In this document: one piece after another, positions 1 through 9,468 of the stretch
How positions within the stretch are numbered: position 1 is the first letter of the stretch
Layout of the letters: each line of letters begins with the position of its first letter
Origin: an uncultured Bacilli bacterium
GTDB taxonomy: Bacteria > Bacillota_I > Bacilli_A > ML615J-28 > CAG-313
Length of the DNA: 54,749 bases
Direction: 5' to 3'
Assembly (NCBI GenBank): GCA_934140285.1
Contig: CAKPBI010000012.1
Span: 1 to 54,749 of the forward strand
Position numbers and translations under genes: made by a program
The notes under the pieces: model-generated
Database searches by the model: none
Told to the model about the DNA's origin: nothing
Seen by the model: only the letters and a program-made list of their open reading frames with translations

Positions 1-181
1 ATACTTTATGGAAAAATTAGAAACTCATAGAAAAGATTCTATTCTTGAACCTAAAATTGAGAAAGAAAAGAAATCTTATTCTCCTGCTTGGAATCATCCT
101 TGGAGAAAAGCTTTCTATGAAAATTATTTAAAATATTATCGGCCTAATCAACAAAATAATTATGCTTATAATTATGAATAA
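1..181 (+). CDS. 3' end of an unknown CDS, 5'-partial at the window edge. It ends ...NYAYNYE*.
   Basis: Open frame from position 2 to a TAA at 179-181. It is followed by a hairpin terminator and is convergent with the antiporter gene. Confidence 0.3.
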   Translation, partial: YFMEKLETHRKDSILEPKIEKEKKSYSPAWNHPWRKAFYENYLKYYRPNQQNNYAYNYE

Positions 182-206
182 TTTTGTAAAATTGCAAAGA
201 TATTGA

Positions 207-243
207 CAAAAAGAAGTATTCATAATAAATACTTCTTTTTGAA
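207..243. terminator. Bidirectional rho-independent terminator between convergent genes
   Basis: Stem aagaagtat (212-220) / atacttctt (230-238), with A-run and T-run flanks. Confidence 0.5.
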
Positions 244-245
244 TA

Positions 246-1511
246 TTATGGTTGAGGAACCATTTTTGGTTTTTTCTCAAGTTTAATTTCACCAGCTTTT
301 GCGAGAGTAGTTTTAGCAACAAGCGGTCCAATTAATTCATAAACTAGCGTTGCGGCTAAGATAATTGATCTAATTTCCGCTCCAAAGCTAGGGAAACTAT
401 TAACCGCGATTAAACTTAAACCTATCGCAACACCAGCTTGAGGGATAAGACAAGGGCCTAAGTACTTCTTGACTGTTGGTTCCGCATGTGAGATGGTCGC
501 ACCAAACCAAGCTCCAACCCACTTTCCGATTACTCTTAAGATTATATAAAGTAGAGCTACAATGATAACTTTAGAGAATAATGTTGTCATATTAAGTTCA
601 GCCCCTGATATTACAAAGAATAACATAAAGAATGGAGGGGTAAAACGATCAACAAGAGGGGTTACTTCCTCAAAGACATTTGATAAGTTACAAATCATTG
701 CTCCAAGCATCATACAAGATAATAGGTTAGATAAGTTCATATTAAATGTGTTATTTAAGATCTTATTTATACCTATAGTTAAAAGTAACATCGCAAGAAT
801 AATACAAATTCTATTTGAACGGCCATGGAACCATTTTAATAAACAAGTAGTTATAAAACCAAGGATTGCTCCGATTAAAAGAGAAACAATGATTTCAATA
901 AATGGCATAAAGAATGCTAAAACATTCGCGGTACCAGACATTGATGACATGTTTGCAGCAATAGTGAAACAAAAACCAAAGATAATTAAGGCTACAGCAT
1001 CATCTAAAGCAACAACACTAATAAGAGTATCCGTCAAAGGTCCTTTAGCTTTATATTGCTTTACAACAAGTAGGGTTGCAGCAGGAGCTGTTGCAGCTGC
1101 TATAGAAGCAAGAACTAAAGAAAATTCTATACCTTTACCAAAAATCATACAGCCAATAAAGACAAAGATACTTGCGAATAAAGATTCAAAGATTGCAATA
1201 ACAATTGATTTTGTACCTAAAACTTTAAAGTAAGAAAGTTTAAATTCAGCACCAATCGAAAAAGCAATAAAAGCAAGGGCAACATCACAAATTGATTCAA
1301 TTTGCTTTAGGCCATCCGCGTTTACAAGTCCATTATATCCCCCCATATTAACACCAAAACTACTTAATAGGGTAGGAATAGCTGGACCAACTAAAAGACC
1401 ACCAATAAGATATCCAGTTACATTGGGAAATTTAACAAGTTTCGCAAGCTTACTAAATAGTAAACCTACAATCAAAAGAATTGCGAGATTAATCATAAAG
1501 TCACTAAACAT
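246..1511 (-). CDS. Cation:proton antiporter of the Na_H_Exchanger/CPA family, with no KTN domain
   Basis: 421-aa polytopic membrane protein. The N-terminus MINLAILLIVGLLFSKLAKLVKFPNVTGYLIGGLLVGP matches the CPA helix-1 signature. Confidence 0.7.
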   Translation of the reverse strand: MFSDFMINLAILLIVGLLFSKLAKLVKFPNVTGYLIGGLLVGPAIPTLLSSFGVNMGGYNGLVNADGLKQIESICDVALAFIAFSIGAEFKLSYFKVLGTKSIVIAIFESLFASIFVFIGCMIFGKGIEFSLVLASIAAATAPAATLLVVKQYKAKGPLTDTLISVVALDDAVALIIFGFCFTIAANMSSMSGTANVLAFFMPFIEIIVSLLIGAILGFITTCLLKWFHGRSNRICIILAMLLLTIGINKILNNTFNMNLSNLLSCMMLGAMICNLSNVFEEVTPLVDRFTPPFFMLFFVISGAELNMTTLFSKVIIVALLYIILRVIGKWVGAWFGATISHAEPTVKKYLGPCLIPQAGVAIGLSLIAVNSFPSFGAEIRSIILAATLVYELIGPLVAKTTLAKAGEIKLEKKPKMVPQP

Positions 1512-1529
1512 AAATCACAATCTCTTTTC

Positions 1530-1865
1530 TTATTTGCTAATGCCTTTAATATATTCAATAGGTAAAACCATTAAAACCCCGGTATCAGGCTCATCAAAAT
1601 CACCGACAATCTCTTCAATGGCTTTAATGGCAATTTCAACTTTTTCATCTTTTAACGCGATGATTAAAGTTGTATTACTTGCATGCTCTTTCTTTACACA
1701 TTTTCTAAGCATGCCAAAGAAAGCAAATTCTTCATTACGTAATAACTCATTAGCCATACCTTTAGATTCTAAGATAGTACATCCATAGATATTGTTTTTT
1801 TCTAAATTTTCAAGAACTTTGTTTAATCTTTCAGGTTCATTTAATACTGTAATTAATAACTTCAT
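1530..1865 (-). CDS. P-II-like signal-transduction protein, resembling GlnB or the DarA/PstA c-di-AMP receptor. It lies 18 bp upstream of the antiporter gene in the same operon.
   Basis: 111 aa. MKLLITVLNEPERLNKVLENL..GCTILESKG aligns with the PII core MKKIEAIIKP...GMTVTEVKG. Size and fold signature fit the PII superfamily. Confidence 0.5.
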   Translation of the reverse strand: MKLLITVLNEPERLNKVLENLEKNNIYGCTILESKGMANELLRNEEFAFFGMLRKCVKKEHASNTTLIIALKDEKVEIAIKAIEEIVGDFDEPDTGVLMVLPIEYIKGISK

Positions 1866-1887
1866 ATTAGTATTCCTTTCTTTTCAT

Positions 1888-1913
1888 AATAAAAAGCCCT
1901 TCAGGGGCTTTAA
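1888..1913 (-). terminator. Terminator of the phoH–recO transcription unit
   Basis: Hairpin aaagcccttcaggggcttt at 1891-1911. On the minus strand it is followed by a T-rich tract. Confidence 0.45.
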
Positions 1914-1983
1914 TACTCCTCATCAATTTTAAACGTCTATTATTATACTTTTTTTAATAATTTAACGCAACACTTTTGCATTA

Positions 1984-2736
1984 CTAAGCTTTTTTGGCAT
2001 TTAGTATCGACGAAGCAACAGGTTTAGCTTTACTGATAAAGTCTAAATACCTTTGATAGTATAAATCAACAACATGTGATATGGTATCTAAGTCATCAAT
2101 AACAAGACTTTCTAGTTTTTTATCAACATTTTGAGGTTTTATTAAATATAGCAATTTTAACATTTTGGTTTGACTGACATTTAAATCATAAGGAAAGTTA
2201 GACATACATTTTCTACAATAACATCCACCAGCACTAATACTAAATACACCATCTTCAACTTTTTCACCACAGTTTACACACTCTTTAATCGATGGAGCAA
2301 TCCCAATTAGGTAGGTAAGCTTTAGTTCAAAGATTGTCAAAACAAGTAAGGAATTAATGTTGGTTTGAAGTAAGTCTAAGATTTCATATACAAATTGATA
2401 GAATATTTCATTGTTTACTACTTGAGAAGAAAAGGTAAGGATTTTTTCAATGATTGGATAAACAAACATCATCTTATTGATATCTTGTTTAATTGTTAAA
2501 TAGTTGTTTTGAGGGATTCCCTCTGTAATAGTATCAAGCCCATTTGATATGGTGCCGTTAAAAACAATTTTGGTTAAGGGAATAGCTAAAAGTCTTGTTC
2601 CACTACTTATTTTTTTTGCACCTCTTATAATGTAATTTTTTAATCCTTCTTTAGTTAGAAGGGTTGCGATAACTGCTTGTTCTTTATATTCGGTTGTTTT
2701 TAACACGAGTCCTTCGCTCGCCATTATTTGTTTCAT
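1984..2736 (-). CDS. recO: DNA repair protein RecO
   Basis: 250 aa. N-terminal OB-fold region plus a C-terminal CxxC...CxxC zinc finger (CVNCGEK...CYCRKC). Sits downstream of era, as in Bacillus. Confidence 0.85.
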   Translation of the reverse strand: MKQIMASEGLVLKTTEYKEQAVIATLLTKEGLKNYIIRGAKKISSGTRLLAIPLTKIVFNGTISNGLDTITEGIPQNNYLTIKQDINKMMFVYPIIEKILTFSSQVVNNEIFYQFVYEILDLLQTNINSLLVLTIFELKLTYLIGIAPSIKECVNCGEKVEDGVFSISAGGCYCRKCMSNFPYDLNVSQTKMLKLLYLIKPQNVDKKLESLVIDDLDTISHVVDLYYQRYLDFISKAKPVASSILNAKKA

Positions 2737-2842
2737 GTTCTTGTTCTTCTTTCTTCCTCAAGTAAAGTTTATAATTTAAATAATCATTAATGTGGCCGGT
2801 TTTTAAAAACTTATGCCATAAATCGTCAATGTGTTCTTTCAT
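2684..2842 (-). CDS. yqzL: YqzL-family small protein, 52 aa. Absent from the ORF track because it is under 60 aa.
   Basis: MKEHIDDLWHKFLKTGHINDYLNYKLYLRKKEE... matches Bacillus YqzL (FTWxxFSQTGNxxTYLLxKE). It occupies the era–recO gap exactly as in Bacillus and overlaps the recO start. Confidence 0.5.
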   Translation of the reverse strand: MKEHIDDLWHKFLKTGHINDYLNYKLYLRKKEEQEHETNNGERRTRVKNNRI

Positions 2843-2883
2843 ATAATTCCTCCTTATTAATAGGATGAACTAAATTTAAGTTT

Positions 2884-3792
2884 TTATTCTTCTTTATTGT
2901 AACCAAGTGATTTTAATTGTTGACGATGATTACGCCAATCTGGTTCTACTTTAACAAATAATTCTAAGTATACTTTATTACCAAGTAAATTAGAAATATC
3001 AATTCTCGCAAGACGACCAATCTCTTTAATCTTTTGACCTTTAGCACCGATGATTATCTTTTTTTGAGAATCTCTTTCCACAATAATTGTTGCGTGAATC
3101 TCCGTTAAGTTAGGATTATCACGACTTTGTTTGAAACTTTCAATTTCCACAGCTACACAATGGGGAACTTCTTTATCAGTATTTAAAAGAATTTTTTCAC
3201 GGATAATCTCAGCAACCACAAATCTTTCTGGTTGATCTAGTAGTTGATCCTCAGGATAATACATTGGACCACTCTTTAAAGTATTTTTAATCATTGTTAA
3301 TAATTCATCAACTAAATAATTGGAAGATGCGGAAATAGCAATACCACCAGTAAATGGATATGCATTCTTATATGAGTTCATATTCTTTTCTAAAGTTTCT
3401 TGGTCTAAAACCGTATCAACCTTATTAGCCACAAGGATGGTCGGAACCTTCTTCTTTAAGACATTTTCCATTATGTACTTTTCGGTTTCCCCAGCTTCAT
3501 GGGAAGCTTCAACCATAAAGATTACTGCATCCACCCCGTCAATTGAGGATGTCGCATATTCATTCATCACTTTACCAAGTTCATTTTTAGCATTATGAAC
3601 TCCTGGAGTATCAATAAAGATAATTTGTGCCTCATCATCAGTGTAAATACCTTGAATTTTGTTTCTTGTGGTTTGGGCTTTTGGAGTAACAATTACAATC
3701 TTTTGTTTTAAAAATTGATTTAATAAAGTACTTTTACCAACATTTGGTCTTCCGATAATCGCAACAAAGCCTGACTTAAAATCTTTAGTCAT
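2884..3792 (-). CDS. era: GTPase Era
   Basis: G1 motif GRPNVGKST, DTPG, NKVD, and a C-terminal KH domain. The start is taken at MTKDFKSG, which overlaps the cdd stop by 8 nt. Confidence 0.9.
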   Translation of the reverse strand: MTKDFKSGFVAIIGRPNVGKSTLLNQFLKQKIVIVTPKAQTTRNKIQGIYTDDEAQIIFIDTPGVHNAKNELGKVMNEYATSSIDGVDAVIFMVEASHEAGETEKYIMENVLKKKVPTILVANKVDTVLDQETLEKNMNSYKNAYPFTGGIAISASSNYLVDELLTMIKNTLKSGPMYYPEDQLLDQPERFVVAEIIREKILLNTDKEVPHCVAVEIESFKQSRDNPNLTEIHATIIVERDSQKKIIIGAKGQKIKEIGRLARIDISNLLGNKVYLELFVKVEPDWRNHRQQLKSLGYNKEE

Positions 3793-4189
3793 GGAGGTCA
3801 CTCTCTTCAAAAGCATATGGTAAAAGGTCTTTTACAGTTAAAGTTTGATACTTTTTATTTAAGTTAACCATTGTAACTAAAGCATCCTTATTCATTAATT
3901 CAATGATTACTTGACGACATGCACCACATGGGTAAATTAGGTTTTCACTTTTTCCCATTATAACAAGTTCTAAAATATCATCTTTTCGATATCCTTGAGC
4001 ATATGCACTAAATAAGGCCGTACGTTCAGCACAGTTAGAAAGACCATATGAGGCATTTTCTACATTAGTACCAAGAACATAAGAGCCATCTTTCATTATT
4101 AATAAAGCTCCTACTTGAAAGTGTGAGTATTTAGCATATGAGTTATCATATGCCTTTTTTACTAATTCATATTTTTGTTCAAAATTCAT
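3785..4189 (-). CDS. cdd: Cytidine deaminase
   Basis: 134 aa with the zinc ligands CAERTA and PCGACRQ. Confidence 0.85.
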   Translation of the reverse strand: MNFEQKYELVKKAYDNSYAKYSHFQVGALLIMKDGSYVLGTNVENASYGLSNCAERTALFSAYAQGYRKDDILELVIMGKSENLIYPCGACRQVIIELMNKDALVTMVNLNKKYQTLTVKDLLPYAFEESDLHD

Positions 4190-4197
4190 AATTTCAC

Positions 4198-4650
4198 CTA
4201 TCTCGTTATTTTTAATTTTTCTAATATTTCATCTTGAATTCCAAACATCAAAGATTCATCTACTTCATTTTGGTGATCATAACCTAAGGCATGAAGCATA
4301 CCATGAGTAACTAAAAAGGCAAACTCACGAAGAATGGAATGTCCATATTCATTTGCTTGTTCAATTACTTTTTCCCAAGAAATAAAGATATCACCAAGTT
4401 CAACCGGGATTTCATCGCCTTCCTCATCATCGATGTTTGCGAAGGTTATGACATCTGTTGGACGATCAATCTTACGATATTCACGATTTATTTTTTGAAT
4501 TTCATTATTATCAACAATTATAAAACTAATGTAATGAGGACCTTTAATTTTTTCATGATTAGTTACTGCTGTTATTACTTTTTGGATTGTTTTTTTAATA
4601 TTAATACTTTCTAATCTTGTTAAATCACCTTCAACATGAAATTTAATCAT
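4198..4650 (-). CDS. ybeY: rRNA maturation endoribonuclease YbeY
   Basis: 150 aa with the HGMLHALGYDH metal-binding motif. Confidence 0.85.
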   Translation of the reverse strand: MIKFHVEGDLTRLESINIKKTIQKVITAVTNHEKIKGPHYISFIIVDNNEIQKINREYRKIDRPTDVITFANIDDEEGDEIPVELGDIFISWEKVIEQANEYGHSILREFAFLVTHGMLHALGYDHQNEVDESLMFGIQDEILEKLKITR

Positions 4651-5617
4651 GATTTACCTCCTCATATCTTGCGATTATTTTCGTTACTAAAGGATGTCGC
4701 ATAACATCAAATCGATTAAATGTAATTATACCAATTCCAGGTATTCCTTTTAAAATATTAGTGGCTTCGATTAATCCCGATTTTTCTTTATATGATAAAT
4801 CAATTTGGCTTACATCACCAGTAATAATCATTTTTGAGTTAAAGCCAAGTCTAGTTACAAACATCTTCATTTGGTTAGTTGTTGTATTTTGAGCTTCATC
4901 TAAAATGATGATGGCATTATCTAAGGTTCTACCACGCATGTAAGCAAGTGGAGCAATCTCGACAACACCTTTTTCAATGTATTTTTCGGTTTGTTCTTTT
5001 CCTAAAAAATCATATAAAGCATCATATATAGGAATAAGGTAAGGATCAACTTTCTCCTTTAAATCACCAGGTAAAAAGCCAAGTTTTTCTCCTGCTTCTA
5101 CAACGGGTCTTGTAATAACGATTTTTTTAATTTGATTTTTCTTGAGTAAACTTACTGCATATGCCACCGCAAGATAAGTTTTACCAGTACCTGCTGAACC
5201 TTTGGAAAAAATAATACTATTCTTTTGCATAGTTTCTAGATAGATCATTTGATTCATCGTTTTAGGATAAATCTTACTACCATCTTTTGTATGAACAATT
5301 ATTTTCTTACTCGTGTAAAAGTTAATAATACCATCTGTTGTTGTTTGATAATCATTACTTATTTTAAAACACTCAGTTATGTAAATAATATCTCTTTCTT
5401 GAAATTCAATCTTTTCACATGCTAAATAATAAAGTAATTTGCATATACTTTTTACAAGTTCTTCTTTTTCGGTTCCTTCTAGTAATAAAGTATTAGCTAC
5501 ATGTTCAAGTTTAATATCTAATTCCATTTCAAGAATTTCAAGATTCCTATTTAAAGGTCCGATAAATGTAAGTTCTGCTTCCGCGTTGTCAAATTTTAAT
5601 ATAATATTATCTGCCAT
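4643..5617 (-). CDS. phoH: PhoH-family ATPase (PhoH-like, YbeZ)
   Basis: Walker A GSAGTGKT. The 324-aa PhoH architecture, sitting upstream of ybeY. Confidence 0.85.
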   Translation of the reverse strand: MADNIILKFDNAEAELTFIGPLNRNLEILEMELDIKLEHVANTLLLEGTEKEELVKSICKLLYYLACEKIEFQERDIIYITECFKISNDYQTTTDGIINFYTSKKIIVHTKDGSKIYPKTMNQMIYLETMQKNSIIFSKGSAGTGKTYLAVAYAVSLLKKNQIKKIVITRPVVEAGEKLGFLPGDLKEKVDPYLIPIYDALYDFLGKEQTEKYIEKGVVEIAPLAYMRGRTLDNAIIILDEAQNTTTNQMKMFVTRLGFNSKMIITGDVSQIDLSYKEKSGLIEATNILKGIPGIGIITFNRFDVMRHPLVTKIIARYEEVNHD

Positions 5618-5705
5618 TTAATCACTTCCATGTAATTATTATATCACATTTTATCTTTTTTAGCATTTAAATTACTAAAAAGAAAATAGGCACAAAAAAT
5701 TGTAC

Positions 5706-6404
5706 CTATTTATTATCTAAATGTACGAGTGTATCTACATAATCAATTACTCTTTCAAAGTTAAACAATAATGTATTGACATCAAATGAAAACTTGATGA
5801 TTTTATTATCACTAGGAATTCTCATATTTCTTGGCATATCATAGACAATCATTGCTTTTTTAGTATCTGGATAACTATCAAGAAGAGGTGTTGTACTATT
5901 TATTAAGTAAATCTCATTAGTGGTGTTAATTATTAAATCGACTAATTCTTTGTGATTGTTTTGATTGATTACACCTCTTAAGTTAACATCTAATGATGGA
6001 TAATACTCTTTTATTGTAAAATAACAAAATACTGATTGCCAAAAATTAGTTTGTTCAAAAACTTCTTTGGTTTTTAAAGTATGAAAGTGAACAATAATGA
6101 ATTCTCTTTTATAAAGTATTTTTTTGATTAATTTAAGTTTCAAGTATTCCTTTAATATTTCAAATAAAATCTTAACCTGTCCAAGTTCTAATTCAATTAG
6201 CGTTACAATCATTGTTGTATCTTTAAAATAAGTAGTTTTATGATTCCCAATAATTTTATTGATAAACTCATACCATTTAAAGGGATAAGCCATACCAATT
6301 TCATAGGTTTTCTTCATAAAATTTAGTTCTAAATCATTATATTCATAATAGTTAATATTGTATGTAGAACTAACTAAGTAATTCATTATTATCACCCATT
6401 CCAT
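5706..6404 (-). CDS. Hypothetical protein
   Basis: 232-aa ORF with its own terminator hairpin at 5668-5700. No motif was recognised. Confidence 0.35.
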   Translation of the reverse strand: MEWVIIMNYLVSSTYNINYYEYNDLELNFMKKTYEIGMAYPFKWYEFINKIIGNHKTTYFKDTTMIVTLIELELGQVKILFEILKEYLKLKLIKKILYKREFIIVHFHTLKTKEVFEQTNFWQSVFCYFTIKEYYPSLDVNLRGVINQNNHKELVDLIINTTNEIYLINSTTPLLDSYPDTKKAMIVYDMPRNMRIPSDNKIIKFSFDVNTLLFNFERVIDYVDTLVHLDNK

Positions 6405-6434
6405 TATATTAAAGGAATAGGTAAATTATGTATA

Positions 6435-7832
6435 TTATTCTTTAGTGGTTTCTTCTTTTATGACTTTTTCTTTTGGTAAAATTAGATTTAAGACAATACC
6501 AAAGATTGATGCAAGAGCCATACCAGTGAATTTGTATAATACAGCTCCCCCAATACCAATGATTAACATAACTGATACGATGATGACATTACGAGAGTTA
6601 TTCATATCAGTTTTATTATCAATTAATACCTTTAAACCATTTGAAGCAATGAAGCCATAAAGAATTAAACAGATACCACCCATTACAGCAGATGGAATAG
6701 AAGCAATTAAGGCTGTAAATACATTACAAAAAGATAGAAGGATTGCAAGGATTGCGGCTAAGCCAGTAACCCAAACTGAACCAATCTTACTCATGCCTAC
6801 TACTGCTGTATTTTCACCATATGAAGTGTTAGGTACCGAACCGATAAGACCAGCTACCGCGGTGGCAACACCATCACCAATTAAAGTCTTATCAAGACCT
6901 GGATCTTTCGCATAGTCATGACCTGTAATCCTACTTAAGACTTGATGATCACCAATATGTTCACAGATAGTCGCAAAAGCAATTGGGATTGCGGAAAGAA
7001 CAAAACCAAATTGAAGTTTAGCCATATGAATACCCGCCCCAAGATCAGCATCTTTCCAACCAGCAATTGTAAAACTAGGGATAGCAAACCATTTAGATGG
7101 GGTTGTTACAACTTCTTTTAATTCCGTAAGATTTAAGATTTGATCACCTGGCAAGAAGTTAACAATTATTGCGACAAGATATCCCCCAACAATACCTAGT
7201 AAGAAAGGAATAATTTTAATGAATCCTTTGCCTTTAATCGCAAGCAGTGCGGTTATTAAGAGGGTACTAATGGAAACTACTATCATTTTCCAATTAGGGT
7301 TTTGAGTAAGGCCTGTATTATTAACCGCTGACCCTGCAAGACATAAACCAATAATGATAATCATTGGACCAACTACAATTGGAGGAAGTAGCTTTTCTAT
7401 CCATTTTGTTCCAATAATCTTTATTAATATAGCTACTAAACAGTAGACAATACCGATTGCGACAACCCCAGCAATCAAGGCTCCTCTTCCGCCATCAGCA
7501 TTAAGAATTCGATTACCAAATTCATCTACTTCTACTTCACCATTATCTTTTATCATGTATAGAACTGAGTTAATATAAGCAATATAAGCAAAACTACTAC
7601 CTAAGTACATTGGAACTTTACCTTTTGTGCATAAAATGTAAATTAAAGTTCCAATTCCACTTGAGAAAAGAGCAATACTGATTGGTAATCCAGTAAGAAT
7701 TGGTACCAATACGGTTGCCGAAAACATCGCAAAAACATGTTGAAAACTTAAAGTTATCCATTTACCCTTTGAAGGTTTATCATTATAATCCATTATTAAT
7801 TGTTTATTTTCCATAACTTTTTCTCCTTTCAT
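6435..7832 (-). CDS. NCS2/NAT-family nucleobase permease (xanthine or uracil permease-like)
   Basis: 465-aa polytopic permease with NAT-family motifs. It lies 40 bp downstream of the PbuG-like gene with no intervening terminator. Confidence 0.65.
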   Translation of the reverse strand: MKGEKVMENKQLIMDYNDKPSKGKWITLSFQHVFAMFSATVLVPILTGLPISIALFSSGIGTLIYILCTKGKVPMYLGSSFAYIAYINSVLYMIKDNGEVEVDEFGNRILNADGGRGALIAGVVAIGIVYCLVAILIKIIGTKWIEKLLPPIVVGPMIIIIGLCLAGSAVNNTGLTQNPNWKMIVVSISTLLITALLAIKGKGFIKIIPFLLGIVGGYLVAIIVNFLPGDQILNLTELKEVVTTPSKWFAIPSFTIAGWKDADLGAGIHMAKLQFGFVLSAIPIAFATICEHIGDHQVLSRITGHDYAKDPGLDKTLIGDGVATAVAGLIGSVPNTSYGENTAVVGMSKIGSVWVTGLAAILAILLSFCNVFTALIASIPSAVMGGICLILYGFIASNGLKVLIDNKTDMNNSRNVIIVSVMLIIGIGGAVLYKFTGMALASIFGIVLNLILPKEKVIKEETTKE

Positions 7833-7872
7833 AAAAAAGGCTCAAAGAATTTTTTCTTTGAACCCCTAACAC

Positions 7873-9231
7873 TTAGTGAATAATGCCACTTGACATTAAG
7901 AATTTGATAGCAAAGTTGATAACAAATAATGCAGATAAAATGTACATTATTACATTAACTTCTTTACCTTTACCAGATACAAGCTTCATAATTACATAAA
8001 CAATAAAGCCTAGTGCTAAACCATCAGAAATAGAATAGCAGAATACCATACCAAATACTGTAACGCAGGCAGCAATACCAGCTATCTTATCAGCCCAATC
8101 AATCTTACCAAGATTAGAGAACATTAAGGCACCAACATAAACTAGAGCCATAGATGTTGTAGCTGAGCAGTTTGCGAAAACAGAGAAGATAGGGAATAAT
8201 AATAGTGATAAGAAGAATAAGATTGCAACAACAACGGCAGAAAGGCCGGTTCTTGCACCAGATTCAACACCTGTAGATGATTCAATGAATGAAGTAACAG
8301 TTGAAGTACCTAAAGCTGCACCAGCAACAGTACCAATAGCATCTGCTAAGAAGGCTTTACCATCGCCTTTTAGTTCACCAGTTTCAACATCAACTAAACC
8401 AGCAGTTGTACCAACAGCAACAAGAGTACCTGCAGTATCAAAGAAATCTACAAATAAGAATGTAAATAATACAGCATATGCTTCAGGTCTTGCAAATACA
8501 CCAAATCCTTTTGCAAAAGCAAATACACCATCTGTACCAAGTTCCATACTTGTATTCATAGAAGGCATACCAGCAACTCCACATGCATTTAAAATTAAAC
8601 CGATAATAGTAGTTACTAAAATAGCAAGAATTACAGCGAATTTATTTAAGCATTTAATAGAGTGAAAAATAAACACTAAAGCAATTCCGCCTATCGCAAG
8701 GAAGAATGCAGCTGATGGAGCACCTAAAGTAAGAATAGTACTTCCACTAACAATGATACCAGCATTGCTTAAACCAACAAGGGAAATAAAGCCACCAATA
8801 CCAGCACCAATTGCATATTTTAAATCCTTTGGAATAGCAGAGATAATTCTTTTTCTAATACCAGTAACAGAAATTAGAACAAAGATTAAACCACTAACGA
8901 ATACTAAACATAAGCATTCTTGATAACTATATCCCATTTGAAGGCATACAGTAAAAGTCATTAAAGCATTTAGACCCATACCAGATGCAAGAGCAATAGG
9001 GTAGTTAGCAACAAGGCCCATAATTAAAGTTGCAATACCAGCTGAAACAGCAGTTGCTAAAAAGACAGAACCATAGCTAAGTCCAGTAATAGAAAGCATA
9101 CCTGAGTTAACAGGTAAAATGTAAACCATTGCTAAGAAAACAATTAGACCACCTATAAGTTCTTTTGTAATTGTTGATCCTCTTTCGGAAATTTTAAAGA
9201 AAGAATCAATTTTTGCAAGAATTTTTTTCAT
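7873..9231 (-). CDS. Guanine/hypoxanthine permease of the AzgA subfamily of NCS2 (PbuG/PbuO-like)
   Basis: MKKILAKIDSFFKISERGSTITKELIGGLIVFLAM is the typical AzgA/PbuG N-terminus. GGGAGG RBS sits 6 nt before the ATG. Sits directly behind a guanine riboswitch. Confidence 0.75.
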   Translation of the reverse strand: MKKILAKIDSFFKISERGSTITKELIGGLIVFLAMVYILPVNSGMLSITGLSYGSVFLATAVSAGIATLIMGLVANYPIALASGMGLNALMTFTVCLQMGYSYQECLCLVFVSGLIFVLISVTGIRKRIISAIPKDLKYAIGAGIGGFISLVGLSNAGIIVSGSTILTLGAPSAAFFLAIGGIALVFIFHSIKCLNKFAVILAILVTTIIGLILNACGVAGMPSMNTSMELGTDGVFAFAKGFGVFARPEAYAVLFTFLFVDFFDTAGTLVAVGTTAGLVDVETGELKGDGKAFLADAIGTVAGAALGTSTVTSFIESSTGVESGARTGLSAVVVAILFFLSLLLFPIFSVFANCSATTSMALVYVGALMFSNLGKIDWADKIAGIAACVTVFGMVFCYSISDGLALGFIVYVIMKLVSGKGKEVNVIMYILSALFVINFAIKFLMSSGIIH

Positions 9232-9267
9232 ATTTCCTCCCAATTAATTTTTTGAATCAAAGGGTAT

Positions 9268-9297
9268 AGCAAAAAAGTCCTTAAAACTAAGGACTCA
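9268..9297 (-). terminator. Riboswitch expression-platform terminator
   Basis: Minus-strand hairpin AGUCCUUAGUUUUAAGGACU followed by UUUUUUG. Sits between the aptamer and the permease start codon. Confidence 0.65.
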
Positions 9298-9341
9298 TGC
9301 AACTAAAAAAGAAAAGAATGTTTTCTTTAAAAATTATATGA

Positions 9342-9410
9342 GTCGTAGTCTTGTTTTTATAGGCAACAAGGTAGAGACGTTCAAACCATACTATATTGAA
9401 TATATACGAC
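9342..9410 (-). promoter_or_regulatory. Purine riboswitch, guanine-specific, with C at the discriminator position
   Basis: Minus-strand RNA GUCGUAUAUAUUCAAUAUAGUAUGGUUUGAACGUCUCUACCUUGUUGCCUAUAAAAACAAGACUACGAC. P1 is GUCGUA/UACGAC, P2 is UUCAA/UUGAA with a UAUGG loop, J2-3 contains UCUACC, P3 is CUUGU/ACAAG, and a C lies immediately 5' of the P1 3' strand. Confidence 0.75.
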
Positions 9411-9425
9411 CTTTAATTCACTAAT

Positions 9426-9455
9426 ATTATACCATTAATCGACAATAGTTGTCTA
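9426..9455 (-). promoter_or_regulatory. Sigma-A promoter for the riboswitch/permease transcript
   Basis: Minus-strand -35 TAGACA, then a 17-18 nt spacer, then an extended -10 TGgTATAAT about 10 nt upstream of P1. Confidence 0.4.
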
Positions 9456-9468
9456 TGAATTTAACTTG

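Noticed and set aside
128-331. 67-aa minus-strand ORF
   Set aside because: It overlaps the terminator and the antiporter 3' end and shows no coding signal.
562-1233. 223-aa plus-strand ORF
   Set aside because: It lies entirely antisense within the antiporter CDS. Its composition is low-complexity Ile/Lys-rich, typical of a shadow ORF in AT-rich DNA.
1866-1983. c-di-AMP (ydaO) riboswitch upstream of the PII/antiporter genes
   Set aside because: The region is only ~118 nt and is mostly occupied by the recO terminator hairpin. No ydaO-type pseudoknot elements are recognisable.
3320-3598. 92-aa plus-strand ORF inside era
   Set aside because: It is an antisense shadow ORF within a well-supported CDS.
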